From the NCBI GenBank assembly GCA_000320545.1, contig ADNK01002591.1:1-64000 (forward strand): a stretch of DNA of 64,000 nt, read 5' to 3'. Shown here one piece after another: positions 1 to 14,034 of this stretch. The position numbers were made by a program, and so were the translations under genes. The first letter of the stretch is position 1; each line of letters begins with the position of its first letter. The notes below the pieces were generated by a model. That model made no database searches. It was not told the DNA's origin and saw nothing but the letters and a program-made list of their open reading frames with translations. Origin of the DNA: Bigelowiella natans CCMP2755 (taxonomy: Eukaryota > Protista > Cercozoa).

Positions 1-21
1 TCTCTCTCTCTCTCTCTCTCA

Positions 22-68
<47 letters not shown>

Positions 69-105
69 CTCTTGAACACATACACATACACACACACACA
101 CACAA

Positions 106-146
<41 letters not shown>

Positions 147-175
147 GTTTCTCTCTCTCTCCGTGAATATGCATA

Positions 176-221
<46 letters not shown>
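1..221. repeat. (CT)n, (CA)n and (AT)n microsatellites in an intron; the same classes plus (TAG)n, (GAT)n, (GGA)n and (GAA)n fill many introns in the window
   Basis: Directly visible. Dense examples also at 9361-9440, 11530-11720, 34664-34960 and 45540-45660. Confidence 0.97.
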
Positions 222-224
<3 letters not shown>

Positions 225-249
225 GGCACTAGAAGTATAATGATGATAC

Positions 250-1130
250 CTGCGAGTTCTCGCCAAAGACAAGCTTTTGGGAAAGCGCTTTGAACTGTGG
301 ATGCCCATCGATACCTGTTATTTCAAAGTAATACATAAGAGAGGGGGAGAGAGAGAGAGAGGGAGAGAGAGAGTGCGTGTGTGTGTGTGTGTTTATTTTG
401 GCAGGGTTGTATCTGGAACGTGTTGTTGGAGTACTTATAGAAAATTAGTTCTCCAAATACCCAAATATTCTTTGCTTCTCTTCGAGTCTTGGACCAGGAG
501 CTGTTATCACCAACACCCATATTGACGATGATGATGATCATTATAGTCATGATTACAAGGATCGCACGCATTAATCTTGTGATATGATTCAATCGTGCTC
601 AAATACCTCTTCAGCCTTCTTCACAACCTCCAGTAAGTAAGGTTTCCCCTGATCAGACAATAGAAGAAGCATGTAAGTAATCCTCTACATTTGTAACGGT
701 ACAAGAACGATTGTGTGCCACACATCCTCTCCAAGACAACCTTCCTCCAACAAATAATTTTCACCTATCTAGGTATAGAAGAGAATAGGCAGCTATCAAC
801 CGACCTTGTCGTTTCTGTAAGCTCCAACACTGAGGTTGATTTTGGAAGGATCCTTGTCCTTGCTGGAACATTGGAGAGACAGAATTTAGAATTTAGAATG
901 TATACGTTGAGAGGTTTCTTAGTTTCAAGAATGTTTATTCACCTGTACTTATTTTTGATACCGAAGATAGCGTCTGGAGGGGCTTGCTCAACCTGGGCGA
1001 AAAACTGAGAGCCTAATAAGAAGGAAAACAACACATGGCAGATGTAGATCAATATCATTTCGAAGATTTTACAGGACAAAGCGATGAGGTACATACAGAT
1101 GTTGTTGAGTCGGTTTTGTGCCTTGGACAT
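250..1130 (-). CDS. Aspartate aminotransferase (class I PLP-dependent), first five exons; the gene continues off the left end of the window
   Basis: GT-AG exons (about 1097-1130, 943-1012, then about 804-862, 607-648, 463-502, 250-316) join in frame to MSKAQNRLNNICSQFFAQVEQAPPDAIFGIKNKYSKDKDPSKINLSVGAYRNDKGKPYLLEVVKKAEELLVQDSKRSKEYLGIDGHPQFKALSQKLVFGENSQ. This carries the AspAT N-terminal motifs APPD-IFG, K-NL-VGAYR and EYL-I-G. Confidence 0.93.
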
Positions 1131-2317
1131 CGTTGTTATCAGTAAATGATCCTGATTGACAGAGTGGGTTAGCAACACCGGAATAATGCGTGATCGCGGG
1201 CGAGTGTGTTCTTCAGAGCAGAACATCAAGTCCAAATTTGTGATGTTTGCATGGCAACATACACGTCTATGAGCTTTTTCTTTGTGCAACCAAGTATGAC
1301 AGAGAAGGGATAGATCGCGAGTTTGAGCGAGGGGTAAGATTCAAAGTAGTACAGAGGGTAGGTCACTTGTTGTGATTCAGATCCGACAACGAAGATGAGC
1401 GCGTCGACGTATAACTCCCATTATTACGGAATTAGCCATCCACATTTTGTCGCTTTTACGAAATAGGCTGTGAAATTAAGAACTCAGGTTTTTGCTAGAA
1501 AAATATCCAATTTGTTCGGAGTATTAACATACGCTGACTTACTACGACAACGACTACAGCACAGAATTCTGTAAAAGGCGATGCACAAATTTTAGTACCC
1601 CACTTCTTAAATTCTAACGGGGGGTACTCACACAGCTATGCGTCGTTCGAATAAAACGGGACGGGTTTTGTTACTTCTTGGTTTTTGTGGCCTTGTGTTC
1701 AAGGCACCCCAAAATTCCCCTCACACAAAGAGAGTCACTCAAACAGGGCATATATCAAGGAGAGATTTAATAAGCGACATAAAAAAATAGGCGAGAGCTT
1801 TCTAAATGCGACATCTTTGTTAGGGGTGTCGGAGAAATAAATCGAGATCGTTTCTCTTGTCAAGCTGTTCTTGTCTAAACTCCTCTGTAATTTGTATATA
1901 CGACAACAAATACATTTTGTTTCTCACATGTTTCCAGATGTGCTTTCATTTCATTTGAAGTGCATACAAGTAAAACCAAAATGCTGCAGGTCGGAGGAAG
2001 GAGGGGGGTTGGTAAATGGGGGACTATGAGACTATAAATGCCAAAATTTGATGCTTAGTGAAATCCTGTTGATATTAAAATGAAGTTGGTTAGTTTTTGG
2101 GTCATTGAATCTATTCTACGCTTGAGAGGCCGGTTTAACCAATTCAACCGCTTCTCTTGTCTGTAAAGCCTGGCCGTTCGCAGGACTTCAAAATTGCCTG
2201 CTTATGTTCATGTGCATGTAAATATAATGAGATTTATGGAATGGGAATAGGGAAGGGTTGTTTATTGAAGTTTTTATATGATTAGTTTAAACATTTTTTA
2301 TTCACTTATCAGTGCAG

Positions 2318-2424
2318 CGAATGTAAAAGCACGGAGACACAGCTGTTCACATCTCCTTGTTTCTTCGAGCCGCATCCAGCACAATCAAAGAGAATTTATG
2401 GTAATGATATTATACCGTACACAT

Positions 2425-2464
<40 letters not shown>

Positions 2465-3125
2465 ACATGCACGCAACACTAACATTCCTACAAGAGACAT
2501 TAATTTAAATTGTGCAACATATTGATCATGAATACAATGGCAATCAGAATACGTTCAAAAGCGTGGTTGCATTCCCACATTGTGCGGAGCGTGCTGTCGG
2601 GGGAAGAACGAAAACGGGTAGATATGAGAATACAAGACAATATATTACCGCCCTCATCGCCAACTTCGCCCATCATTGATTGTTTAACTTATATCGTAAT
2701 TCAATGTGCAGCCGAAACGTCGTGGCATGTTCTGAGAGAGAGATACAGGCGCTGCACTTTCGCTATTTTAGTGGGTTCCGATGGAGATCAGGGATGAGTC
2801 AGGTAACTCATGATAACGATATTAACAAAAATAATCATCATTATCTACATCACATATTATCAACAATACACTTTACGCTTGCATTTCTTTGACACCCAAT
2901 TTTTAGTGCGAGTGGTTTCGATTGGCTTACCGCTGGAATGGCCAAAAATGGATCTACGGATCACCAATTGTCACCGATGATGTGGAACGCGCGAACGCTG
3001 GAAAGAGGCCAGGAAAATCGTACAGCACTACAATGATGACTTCGCGGAAGCGTGATAGAGATGTGTCAGCTTCAAGGATAATAAACAGAAGTTGCAAACG
3101 TTACCTGTATTGTTTACAGAGATGA
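2318..3125 (+). CDS. Unknown multi-exon Cys-rich protein (internal exons; start possibly near 1395)
   Basis: Four GT-AG-bounded segments join phase-consistently to ...CKSTETQLFTSPCFFEPHPAQSKRIYEYVQKRGCIPTLCGACCRGKNENGRNVVACSEREIQALHFRYFSGFRWRSGMSQCEWFRLAYRWNGQKWIYGSP... No family recognised; both ends uncertain. Confidence 0.45.
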
Positions 3126-4243
3126 GGCAACGACGATGAAACAACGATAATGAAGTCTGAATTTATGTACCATATAGATAAAATATTTCTGTAATATGTT
3201 TCCGCTCCCAGAGGCATATAAGCTGACAATTTTTTGAGTAAAAGATGAATATTCAAGCTTCCATAGAAGGCTACATGTCAGGGCGGTATTTAATGAAGTT
3301 TGTCCTTTGACATATTCGCAATTATTTAATTTGCTAACCCCTTACTGCTCGCGGAAGCAGATATAACACGTATGTTCTTTAATTTTATTTCCAAGCTAAC
3401 GTAACGGAATGAGCTAGGTCTCTTGTTCTCATTCCAAAATAAACATCAACAGCTGTATCAACAGCAAATGAAGTCTTGCCTTTTTGTGAAAATAAAATGC
3501 AAGTGAGTTGTAAATCAGTAAAGCAAGAATGTTGCCAAGGTGTACGATCCTTATCCTGCTTGCATAGCTGCATAGGCAAAGCGTAATTGCAAACATAATA
3601 AGATCTGAGATCTTCGAATGCTGCTATTGCGCATCCTTATACTATTTGAGAGGCGGTTTGCGCTATGCGATGCGGTCAAATTTTGGCGTCATTTCATCTT
3701 CACTGTATGGCAATGCGTACAATAGTGAGTAAGTCGTGTTGAGCTTTGACCCGCCGCTTGACGATGTATTGCAAGCGTGTACACACTCTGGATTCTACAA
3801 TTGCATCTGGCACAGCAGATGAGCATTGGCCAAATTTAATTCATCAATTACATCCGTCTTACAAATACACGTCTAGATGAATGGAAGTGTCGTCTGCAGT
3901 GTGATGCTTATTTTAAGTTGTTCAATATTAGAATATTATATATGCCTGTATTGCACAGCCAACATTAGGATGACGACAATTGAAAAAAATTAAACATTTC
4001 ATTACATCCGTCTATGTCTCATATATGCCATGCATGCCTGCAAATCGAATACGTCGCTAGGTCGATACGAACACATCTATACGCACATGCACGAGCCATC
4101 TAGCTAAGGTATACATGTCGTCGACCTGAACACACCAAATCGTGCATTTTTAATGCTTGTACAGCTATCGATATCTAGACATAGCTATAGCAGGCGCTCC
4201 CCTGTTGAACTATAAGATCTGTGCTAGTTTTCTTTTTTTAGGG

Positions 4244-6651
4244 TCACTTAAGGGCAAATTTTTTCTTCATCGCCAGCTTCTGTGCTAAAGTCATTTTGGA
4301 GAGGTCGTTTTCTGCCATCATTCTGGTTTCGTGCAATATGTTCGCATATCTGATCACACACATGTTTTGAATGATCTAGTGATGGTCTCGTAGTGTAATA
4401 TATGTGTGTTGATGTAATCAATATGTTTTCGGAAGATACAAATTGTAGTTGGGATTACGTTTTGCGGAAGCTTTTTTCTTCTTTCGCAGCTTCTGCAGGT
4501 TGCATTTTACATAAAACAGATTTAATTCTCAACTGCTAAACAAAGATATTAATCAAAATTTGACCTTTTTTCTGTTTGATAGCCATTCTTTCATTCCAAG
4601 ACATTGACTTTGCGTTAATCGACGATGCGAAAATCTTGGATGCGTTTGACGCATCTGGTCTCTGATATTTTTAACAAGGAAACGTATCAATCGCACTACA
4701 CATGCACAACACGAAATAAGCACTAATAATACCGAAATTCTTCTTGTTGAAGTCAAAAACCCTACAGGTTTCTTTCTATTCTTCTGCATATGAGACCTAA
4801 AGGTTATCATGGACTTTATAGCGTACACACAACATGCAAAGTTATAAGCAGTTAAATCCCTACTTCTTTTCAGGTGACCGTGATATCGACGAGGGAGACG
4901 GATGCTTCTATCCATTATTTGAATCTTAGCAATGATACCACAATATAGAAACAATGGAGTACCAGAGTGTTCTTAGTGGAGGCATGTCCTGTGATATTAG
5001 AGACTTCGTCTTCGGAACCAACATTGTTTGATGCTATCTTTGTACCGTTTCTCACAACCACCTTAATAAATATTGGTGAGAGAAAAGTGAGTGGCTGAAA
5101 GAAAGGGAAAGGGGAGGGGGAGAAGTATACTCTAAAGTTATACGCTATGTAATAACACACATTAAATCTCATCTTGTTCGTTGTGTGGTCGACTCGTTTG
5201 TCTTTTAATGGGCTACTTGATTTCCTCCGTACTGCTGAATTAGTGGTTCCTATTAGAAAGGAGTATATTATCTTCATAAATGACATAAGAAATTGACAAA
5301 GAGCTGGAACAAGCAAGAAACACATAGATCTACTAGAGGGAAAGAAAAAGAGATTGAAGGATATCGGGACCTGCATTTGATTCGTTTCTTCTATTCATTG
5401 ACACTATCCCTTCTCTAATCAGGCTGTAAATCAGATGAAAAAAAATTATTCCTTCTTCATCACTCTGTTTGCTTCACTGAACTTTGTCTGACTCTTGAGA
5501 ACCTCTGTTGTTACAACTCCCATATTTTATGCTGTTTAAATTTACCAGTGCTGCACGATCATCTTTCGGGGGCACATGCTGAATAATTATGAGATCACAG
5601 TTGAAGAGAGAACGTTTTACCGAAATTCTACAAAAATCGAATGCATTTTGATGCTTCAAGAGCGAATATTCAAAAATTATCATTACTTTCCACAAGAACA
5701 AGGAACTTTGAATTCTCTACAGGTGGAATAGTGAACCTGCAATTCAATGACATTCTCTTACTGGAAATGAGACATTGCTATAATATGAATTATAGAACCT
5801 TCAGAGATGAGAATCGAACTAATTCTTTGCAGTATTTACAATTGACCGCACGATGAGGGCAGTGATTGTCCATGTGATCCGACATGTTTGCCCTCAGAAC
5901 TTGCTGCTTACCTGTTATTTAGGTTCAGTATTCATCGCACTGGCGGTTGGAGGGAATTTTTAATTTACATAAAACGCATTTCAGCTTTGACTTGGGGCAA
6001 GTTGACATGTGGGCCGCTGATTCTGCTATTGTTCCCTAAAAATGGATTATGGCATTCGAATAATATTATGTAGGAATTACGCTGAGAAGAATTCAAAATT
6101 AGCATTTGAGAGGACCTTCCAGTCGCAACCAATCCGACAACGAATCCGTAGCTTTTGGTATATCTAGGCACAAAGAGAAAATTTCATCAACACATTTTCT
6201 TCTTGGATCATTTTGAGACCAGTGACCTGTGTTGCAAACTTGTTCTCGAATAAGGACTGAGCGCTCGTGATTTCTGTGTTGCACTTTGGGCAGGTCTTTT
6301 TCTTAGACATCCACTCCTGTGCAAATCATCCGTGTGCTACATATGTTTACCAGCCGTATTTTTAGAATGGTTCACCTGGATGCATGTCTTGCAAAAGTTG
6401 TGGTCGCACGGTTTTAGGAGCAGAGGGCTGACGAATTTGTAAGCGCCACCGAATGTGTTTTGACGTAAAACATCGCCGCATACCTCAGTGCTGATAAAGA
6501 TCAAACAATATCATCGATTCTAAAATGTAAACAATCCTACAGCTAAGATTGACATGTAGTATTGTGAGAAGAATGACCAAATTGAGCATATAAAAGGTTC
6601 TGCAGCCTTCTTGGAGCCGTCGTCGAGAAGAAGCTCTTCTTCTACTCCCAT
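4244..6651 (-). CDS. RING (C3HC4) plus TRAF-type zinc-finger protein, putative E3 ubiquitin ligase
   Basis: Spliced reading MGVEEELLLDDGSKKAAEPFICSIC...PLLLKPCDHNFCKTCIQEWMSKKKTCPKC gives a C3HC4 RING. It is followed by LRIRCRIGCDWKGTIAESAAHMSTCP and CKQQVLRANMSDHMDNHCPHRAVNCKYC (TRAF-type zinc-finger repeats). The 3' exons and the stop at about 4244 are less certain. Confidence 0.75.
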
Positions 6652-7148
6652 CCTTCACCACGCTGCGAATACGACAGCTCTTAAATTTATTAGCCTGCTT
6701 GGGAAGCTACTTGAGGGTTCACTGCTGCTCGTCGGCAGTTACTACGTCCTCGGTTACCACTTGGTCTGGAGAAAAATAGTACATTATCCTATCGATAAAG
6801 ACAATTCAAAATGGTTGTCGCAAGAATGAAATGCCATGATCTCAGTTATGGTCAACCGAAATTATATTTGGCTTCGTTGGTCAAGAAACCATTGAGAAAA
6901 TATCGTGCGATTGCATTCTAGCAGCACCGGCTGGATTAATAATAGCGCGTTTTATCGACAAGAGTGGTACGAAGAAAAGAGGATCACCTTGGATATTTAT
7001 GGCTCTATATAATTACCAACATATTCTGATTTAAATAAGAGGATTGTAGGAGGAAAATATAATGCGACATAATTTTTCGGTCAAGCTACAATATTTCGCG
7101 TGGGCCGATAATTGACAAGGTAGCCAAGCCGCCTCCTCTTTAAAAAAG

Positions 7149-8368
7149 ATGAGTAAAGACTCGGATAAAAAATCGTCCATGCGGGAGGTTTCAACCTCGG
7201 TAAACTATTTAAGAGCTATGGCGGCGGTGCATAGCCGTACCCCCGCAACTGCATTTGCAGAGCTTGTCGACAACGCGAAGGATGCAGGTCGCGCAGTTCT
7301 AACCCTTTTCTTACTCCCGATTTTTCCCGCTGGATCAATCTATCATTTATGGGTGAATTGATCATTGTTGATTAGATCCTATACACATGGCGTTTTTTAT
7401 AAATCAACCATCACGTTCACATCAACGACCCACCCATGAAATGAGAGCTTCGGAGATTTAAGATTGTCATCCGAAACAACTGATGCAAATATGAGATCCA
7501 TGTATTTTTATTATGGTCACAATTGACACTCTACATAGGGGCTCGGAACGTCCGAATTGGCATTGTACGATACGGCGCTCAATCGGCACTGTCCATCAAA
7601 GACGACGGGAAAGGCATGAACTTGCGAGGGTTAAAGAGAATGTTTGGTTTTGGGTTCTCAAAACGAGCTGTCAAAAAGGGCGGTATCGGCGAGTATGGTG
7701 CCGGATTCAAGAGTGGGTCAATGAAGCTTGGGAAAAACGCTCTCGTCCTTACCAAACATAAAGCCACTGGAGAAATGTATGCTTCGCTCTTGTCATGGTA
7801 GGTATATCAAGTATTGTTCACTTCCAACTTTAATCGGTCAGCAGTGGATGAATAACAGCAAAATTGGTGATAGTGATGCTGCTCTAGCCTTGATGATGAT
7901 GAGGAGGAGAACATTAATCGCAACGTTTACGTACTTTTATGGTAGCGACATGCATCGGGAGCTCGGAATGGAAGCCCTTCGGCAACCCATCGTCCAGTTC
8001 AAAGAGGGAGTAAAAGGTAGTGAGTGATGATGATGATGATACAAAGGTGATGATTATGCAGTCTAGAATGAAATTGGGCCATCATTATGAAGTTAAAAGA
8101 TTGAGTATGGGAATATGAGATCTTGCGTATCGTGTATGGAAAATGTCGCAATATCTGTTGAGATTGGTATGTTACACGACATCGCAGGCAAAGTTGTGGT
8201 TGACAGATCGCAGCAAAACACAGAGGACTCATTGGACATGATCACTCGGTTTTCGAGGTGGTGATCTCTTTTCCTCCTTCTCGATGCTGCAGCCTATGAA
8301 TCAGTAGCAAAAGTTTGATTTACAAGGGATCTTCTGATGAAGATTCACCATTTCTCCCTCTACTCCTC

Positions 8369-8401
<33 letters not shown>

Positions 8402-8936
8402 AAACTTCTTGATATCAATAGGGTGGTCGCAAACGAGAGCATCTTGTGCACCCTGATGGGGAAAATGAAGACTGGAGGCACTCGTGTGATAATTTCTGGT
8501 CGGGATAAAGACGTCCTGTTTTCGTTCTTTGCGTTCGAATATCGTTTATAGCATCAGGATTGTTTTCTCTCCTTGTTGTTTGTGTAAGGGGGAGAAGACT
8601 GTGTACTCATCAAATGATTCCCATCCCCTCCTTCTCCATCCACTACAGATATTAACAAGGATCTAGAAATGGAGGATGATGATATCCTCCTTACGGTAAA
8701 TATTCATGAAATTTATGAAGGAATCAGCCATAGGGGCAGGATGTTATGCTAGTGTATAACACGCACACAACACACACACCCAGAGAGAGAGAGAGAGAGG
8801 GGGGGGGGAGAAATATTGAGCAAATAGTACATAGTTCCAACAACAAGAAACGCATCATGACGACTCTTCCATTTGTTAATCTCCATCACACCATTCAGGT
8901 GAACAAGTCTCACGAAGGTAAATCAACCAACTGTTA

Positions 8937-8972
<36 letters not shown>

Positions 8973-9357
8973 ATCTAAGATATATAATCGGAAATTGCAG
9001 AAAGCTCTCACCTCTTTCGAGATTAAACAACTCCACCCCCTCATTGCCGCTTTGATCTTCTCTAATGGCTCATCCTCCATTCATTGACTCTCCCATCGTT
9101 GTTTATGTTCTTATAGATGAAAACCAGTATTGGAAGCACGAGCGCAGTCTGCGGGAATACCTGGGGTTTGTGTATGGCAAACTATCTGCACATACAAGGA
9201 CGAACAATCCTTCGGTATGGTGCTGCTTTTGCTGCTATCGCTGGTGGTGGTGGGGGGGGGGGGGGGGGGGGGGAGGGGGAAATGTGGGTTGAGATGATTT
9301 TAAGGATGATGATGGCCTGATGGTTTTCCCCATCTGACAATCCACGCAGAATAAACA

Positions 9358-9438
<81 letters not shown>

Positions 9439-9646
9439 CTATAATAACTAATAATAATAAACACTTTTTTTCTCCATCATTCTTCATTCTCTCTTTCCTC
9501 CTCCTCCTCCACGACCACTGCTGCTACGGCAGCTACTAAGTCTACTCACTCGGAACCCAATTTATGTGGTTTCCATAGTCACTGTTTAGATGTCTACTAT
9601 TGGCATCTTATGCTTCTTTTATTGTCACCACACACACTCACACACA

Positions 9647-9680
<34 letters not shown>

Positions 9681-9731
9681 CACACACACAGAGAGAGATA
9701 GATTTAGACGCATGCATGCAAGTATTGATGA

Positions 9732-9798
<67 letters not shown>

Positions 9799-10289
9799 CT
9801 CGTTCCAATGACTGCTATTGTTCCAGGCATCTTGGATACGTCAGACATCTAAAGAGTGACCCTGGAAACCACATCAATTTGATTCCAAGTGAGTAGTAGT
9901 AGTAGCTGCAGTAGCAGCAGTAGTAGTGGAGGAGGAGGAGGAAAGAGAGAATGAAGAATGATGGAGAAAAAAAGCGTGTAACAATGTGTTACAACAAGAA
10001 AATATGTCAAGGAGCTACTTGTTTCAAAATACTACTGCTGCTACTACAACTCTAGTACTACTACTACTACTACTACTACACCTTCGACTTTCCTCCTCCT
10101 CCTCCTCCTCCTCCTCCTCCTCCTCCTCCTCACTTGCTGACTAATGATTTGGGACTTACGTTGGTTATGATCTACTCTCAGGTTTCAGGAACACTCCTCA
10201 AGGATGCGTGTGGTTGGTGAATGGAAGAGCTGTGGAATTGTTTACCCCGACCAAAGGTAGGAGGAGGTTTCATGAACAAAAAGTCAAAA

Positions 10290-10320
<31 letters not shown>

Positions 10321-11340
10321 CACACAAAAGAATGGTGCTGCTTCTAAAGATTGCGTGCTATACGACACACATAATCAATCGCTACTATAATTTCGTCGTG
10401 CTCCAATCGATTGGCCGTGTTTAAATCCTACAATTTAATCATAACCCTTCTTCAGGACAATCGGTGAAGAAAAGCGGCGCGTAATCTCCCACTTACCCAC
10501 TCCTCTTTTGTGTTAATTACGTGCATGCGTGGAGATATTTTTGACCCTTCTGATTGACATCTCCTACTAATTATGCATCGTCTATTGCATTATTATTATT
10601 ATTATTATTATAATTATTATTACCATTATTATGAGTAGTTGGGAAAAGTACACGAAGTCGCAGCGAGCGGGAAGAGGTGTGCGGGTGGTGTGCGAGGTAG
10701 TACACAAATCAAAGCTAGTTGCTTCACCCGTTGTATCATTTGACAACTAGCGGTGCTGACCAGCATACAACACAATGGATTACATCCTTTCCGTCCTGCC
10801 ACAGCGGTTGATTGGATTGATTGATAGAAATCATCGATATTTCCTTTGTTTGTAGAGAAGTAGTAGTAGTAGTGGTAGTAGTAGTAGTAGTAGTAATAGA
10901 AGTAGTAGTAAGTAGTCGTCTTGTTGGTGAGGTGGTACATCATGAAGGAAAGAGTCCATATTTCTCATTTTTCTTTGTTATTTCCACAGATTTCAATGAG
11001 CGGAGAGTCGCCCCCATTGGAGCTCACACAGAACAAAGATGGGTTAGATTGCTTTCGTTTCGACCAAACAGCGTGCGGCACAGAATACACATCATTCTCA
11101 CCACCATCATTATCATCAGCAGCGATAGCAGCAGCAGCAGCATCATCATCATACCAACATTGCATTAATATTCTCAAAGGTTTCAGCGGAATGAAGCTTT
11201 CTACACCCTACTGAGTATTTAGATATTAATCCTACACAGCGCTGAAAACATGTTGTAGTAGGACAAAATCATCATCACCACCACCACCACGGAATATTAC
11301 GCTTATTTTGAATTAAATCATAAATATCTCACGAATGCAC

Positions 11341-11378
<38 letters not shown>

Positions 11379-11441
11379 ATGCACACAGTCATCAATCATG
11401 TTTAGTATATATTCAGTCGATTCAATGAGATATCAACGATG

Positions 11442-11474
<33 letters not shown>

Positions 11475-11677
11475 ACTCAGACCGCATATATTTACGGATC
11501 AAAAGATACTCTCGAATAGCCTGCGATAAGTACCATCATCATCGCCATCATCATCATCATCATCATCGCCGTCGTCATCATCATCATCATCATCATCATC
11601 ATCACCATCATCATCAGAGTTGCAAAATGCATGCATGGGAAGGACAGGGATAGTAAATATGACGACGACGACGACTG

Positions 11678-11717
<40 letters not shown>

Positions 11718-13696
11718 CAGATACGAAAGCGAAGATCGAAAGGCTTCTTTCTAAACAGACGATAATATACTCTGCACCATCTCGATAAACATTACTCTGC
11801 TTATTTGCCTCCTCGCCGTGATGAATGTATTGCCGAATGTGTCGTTCCACCTCTACTCCTCTCATCTTAGTGTATACATCATCATCATCATCATCATCAT
11901 CATCGTCTGTCTCCCAGGTACTTCTCTGTGGCGTGCACGAATCCTGGTTGCAACCATTCGAATTACGGAGTTCCAGGTCACCAACTAGCTTGTGAGCTCT
12001 GGAGAGAGGGGAGGGGAGGGAGGGAGGAGAAGTGGGGAGGACAACAATGCAAAGTTGTCAAAGCAAAAACAGCTGCTGCTTGCCCCTATAAAAAACAAAC
12101 AAACGCAAACACTTTCGTCTGCATTATATAACAGTAACAATAAAAAATTGTGTTGTCCTCCTCCTCCTCCTTCCCCTCCTCCTCGTATTTCTACATTCTA
12201 CCACAGGCCGTTTTCAGTGGGACGAGTACCCCACTGTGGTAGTCGTAGTAGTAGTAGTCGTAGTAGTAGTAGTAGTTGTAGTAGTGGAAAGCAGCTTACT
12301 ATCACTTAAATGAATGCTATTACACGATTTCTTCGACTACTTGCTCCATTATCGATAATAATCTAATCTGGTGATTCGTTGCCTTCATTCCAAAGATATT
12401 ATCATCATCATTACTCTGAACAAGTTTCTGTTTTTGGCGCAGCTTATTAATGTTAGTAGTAGTAGTAGTAGTAGTAGTAGTAGCGGTAGTAGTTGGTTGT
12501 TGTTGCAGTTGTACAATATATCTCTCATCACGCAACCGAATCGTTTTTCAGCTTCCAATAGTCCAGCGTGGAGGACCGAACAGACAGGTAGTAAAAGCAG
12601 CAGCAGCAGTAGTAGTAGTAGTAGTAGTAGCATTAGCAGTGGTAGGTGGGTTTGATAAATAGTTATCGCAATAGTAGTAGTATTAGTAGTAGTTGTTGTT
12701 GTTGTTGTAGCAACAAATCAGCAACGGAGTAGCTATTAGTAGTAGTTGTTGTTGTTGATGTAGCAACAAATCAGCAACGGAGTAGCTATTAGTAGTAGTT
12801 GTTGTTGTTGATGTAGCAACAAATCAGCAACGGAGTAGCTATTAGTAGTAGTTGTTGTTGTTGATGTAGCAACAAATCAGCAACGGAGTAGCTATTAGTA
12901 GTAGTAGTTGTTGTTGTTGTAGCAACAAATCAGCAACGGAGTAGCTATTAGTAGTAGTTGTTGTTGTTGATGTAGCAACAAATCAGCAACGGAGTAGCTA
13001 TTAGTAGTAGTTGTTGTTGTTGATGTAGCAACAAATCAGCAACGGAGTAGCTATTAGTAGTAGTAGTTGTTGTTGTTGTTGTAGCAACAAATCAGCAACG
13101 GAGTAGCTATTAGTAGTAGTAGTTGTTGTTGTTGTAGCAACAAATCAGCAACGGAGTAGCTATTAGCCCCCTCTTCCCTTTTCTTCGTCGTCTTCTTTGT
13201 ATTCTTCCAATGTGCTGCTGCTGCTGCTGCTATATGTCATCATCTAATCTATTTCTATATCCGTGAATAACAATAATATCTCAGATGATCAGGGCCCTTT
13301 CGGTGAGTAATATGGAGAAGTAGTAGTAGTGTTCATATCGTTTCATCATGCACGCCCTCTTTTCAATAGTATACAACAATAATAACAACAACAATAATAA
13401 CAACAACAACAACAACACACTAAAGCCGGTTATGGAAGAAGAGGGTGATGAATCGGCCCTGGGTTGCTATCGTTCGTAGCACCCCAACGAATTCTGTACG
13501 CATATCCTGATTTCATATCGAGAAAAGAAGAACAAAAACACATCGATAATATTGGCAAAAAAGCAACTAAGGAGGAGGCAGCACAACGCCTGAAACGCCG
13601 ATCTCGGATATATCAATATATCGATGTTTCCCCATGATTTTTCTACTAAATTTAGCTGAAAATTTGTTCCGTTGCAGTATCTCGTAGCGCTGCTTC

Positions 13697-13732
<36 letters not shown>

Positions 13733-13990
13733 TTTTGTTGGTGGTTGGGATCAATAGTAGCTTCAGCAGCCTGTGTGTCATAATATCACACGCCTTCGTC
13801 GATGTACTCCTTCCTTCCTTACTCAGGCGGAGACGATTAATACCTTCGTTTGTCCTGTATGCACGGGAGAGATGCACCCTCTCAGCTACAAAAGGACTGG
13901 TGCCAGCGGGAGAATACCGTGTACTTGTCTTCGGGTAGGTTGTTATAGAGCGATGATAATAATAATAGAGATCAAGACGATGACGGCGGC

Positions 13991-14034
<44 letters not shown>

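Noticed and set aside
72-592. ORFs with SLSLSL, THTHTH, YIYIYI or poly-V/L/S tracts here and throughout the window
   Set aside because: They are translations of intronic microsatellites.
12682-13166. CRISPR-like regularly spaced 33-bp repeat
   Set aside because: The intervening sequences are near-identical (TAG)n(TTG)n linkers rather than unique spacers, there are no cas genes, and the context is a eukaryotic gene.
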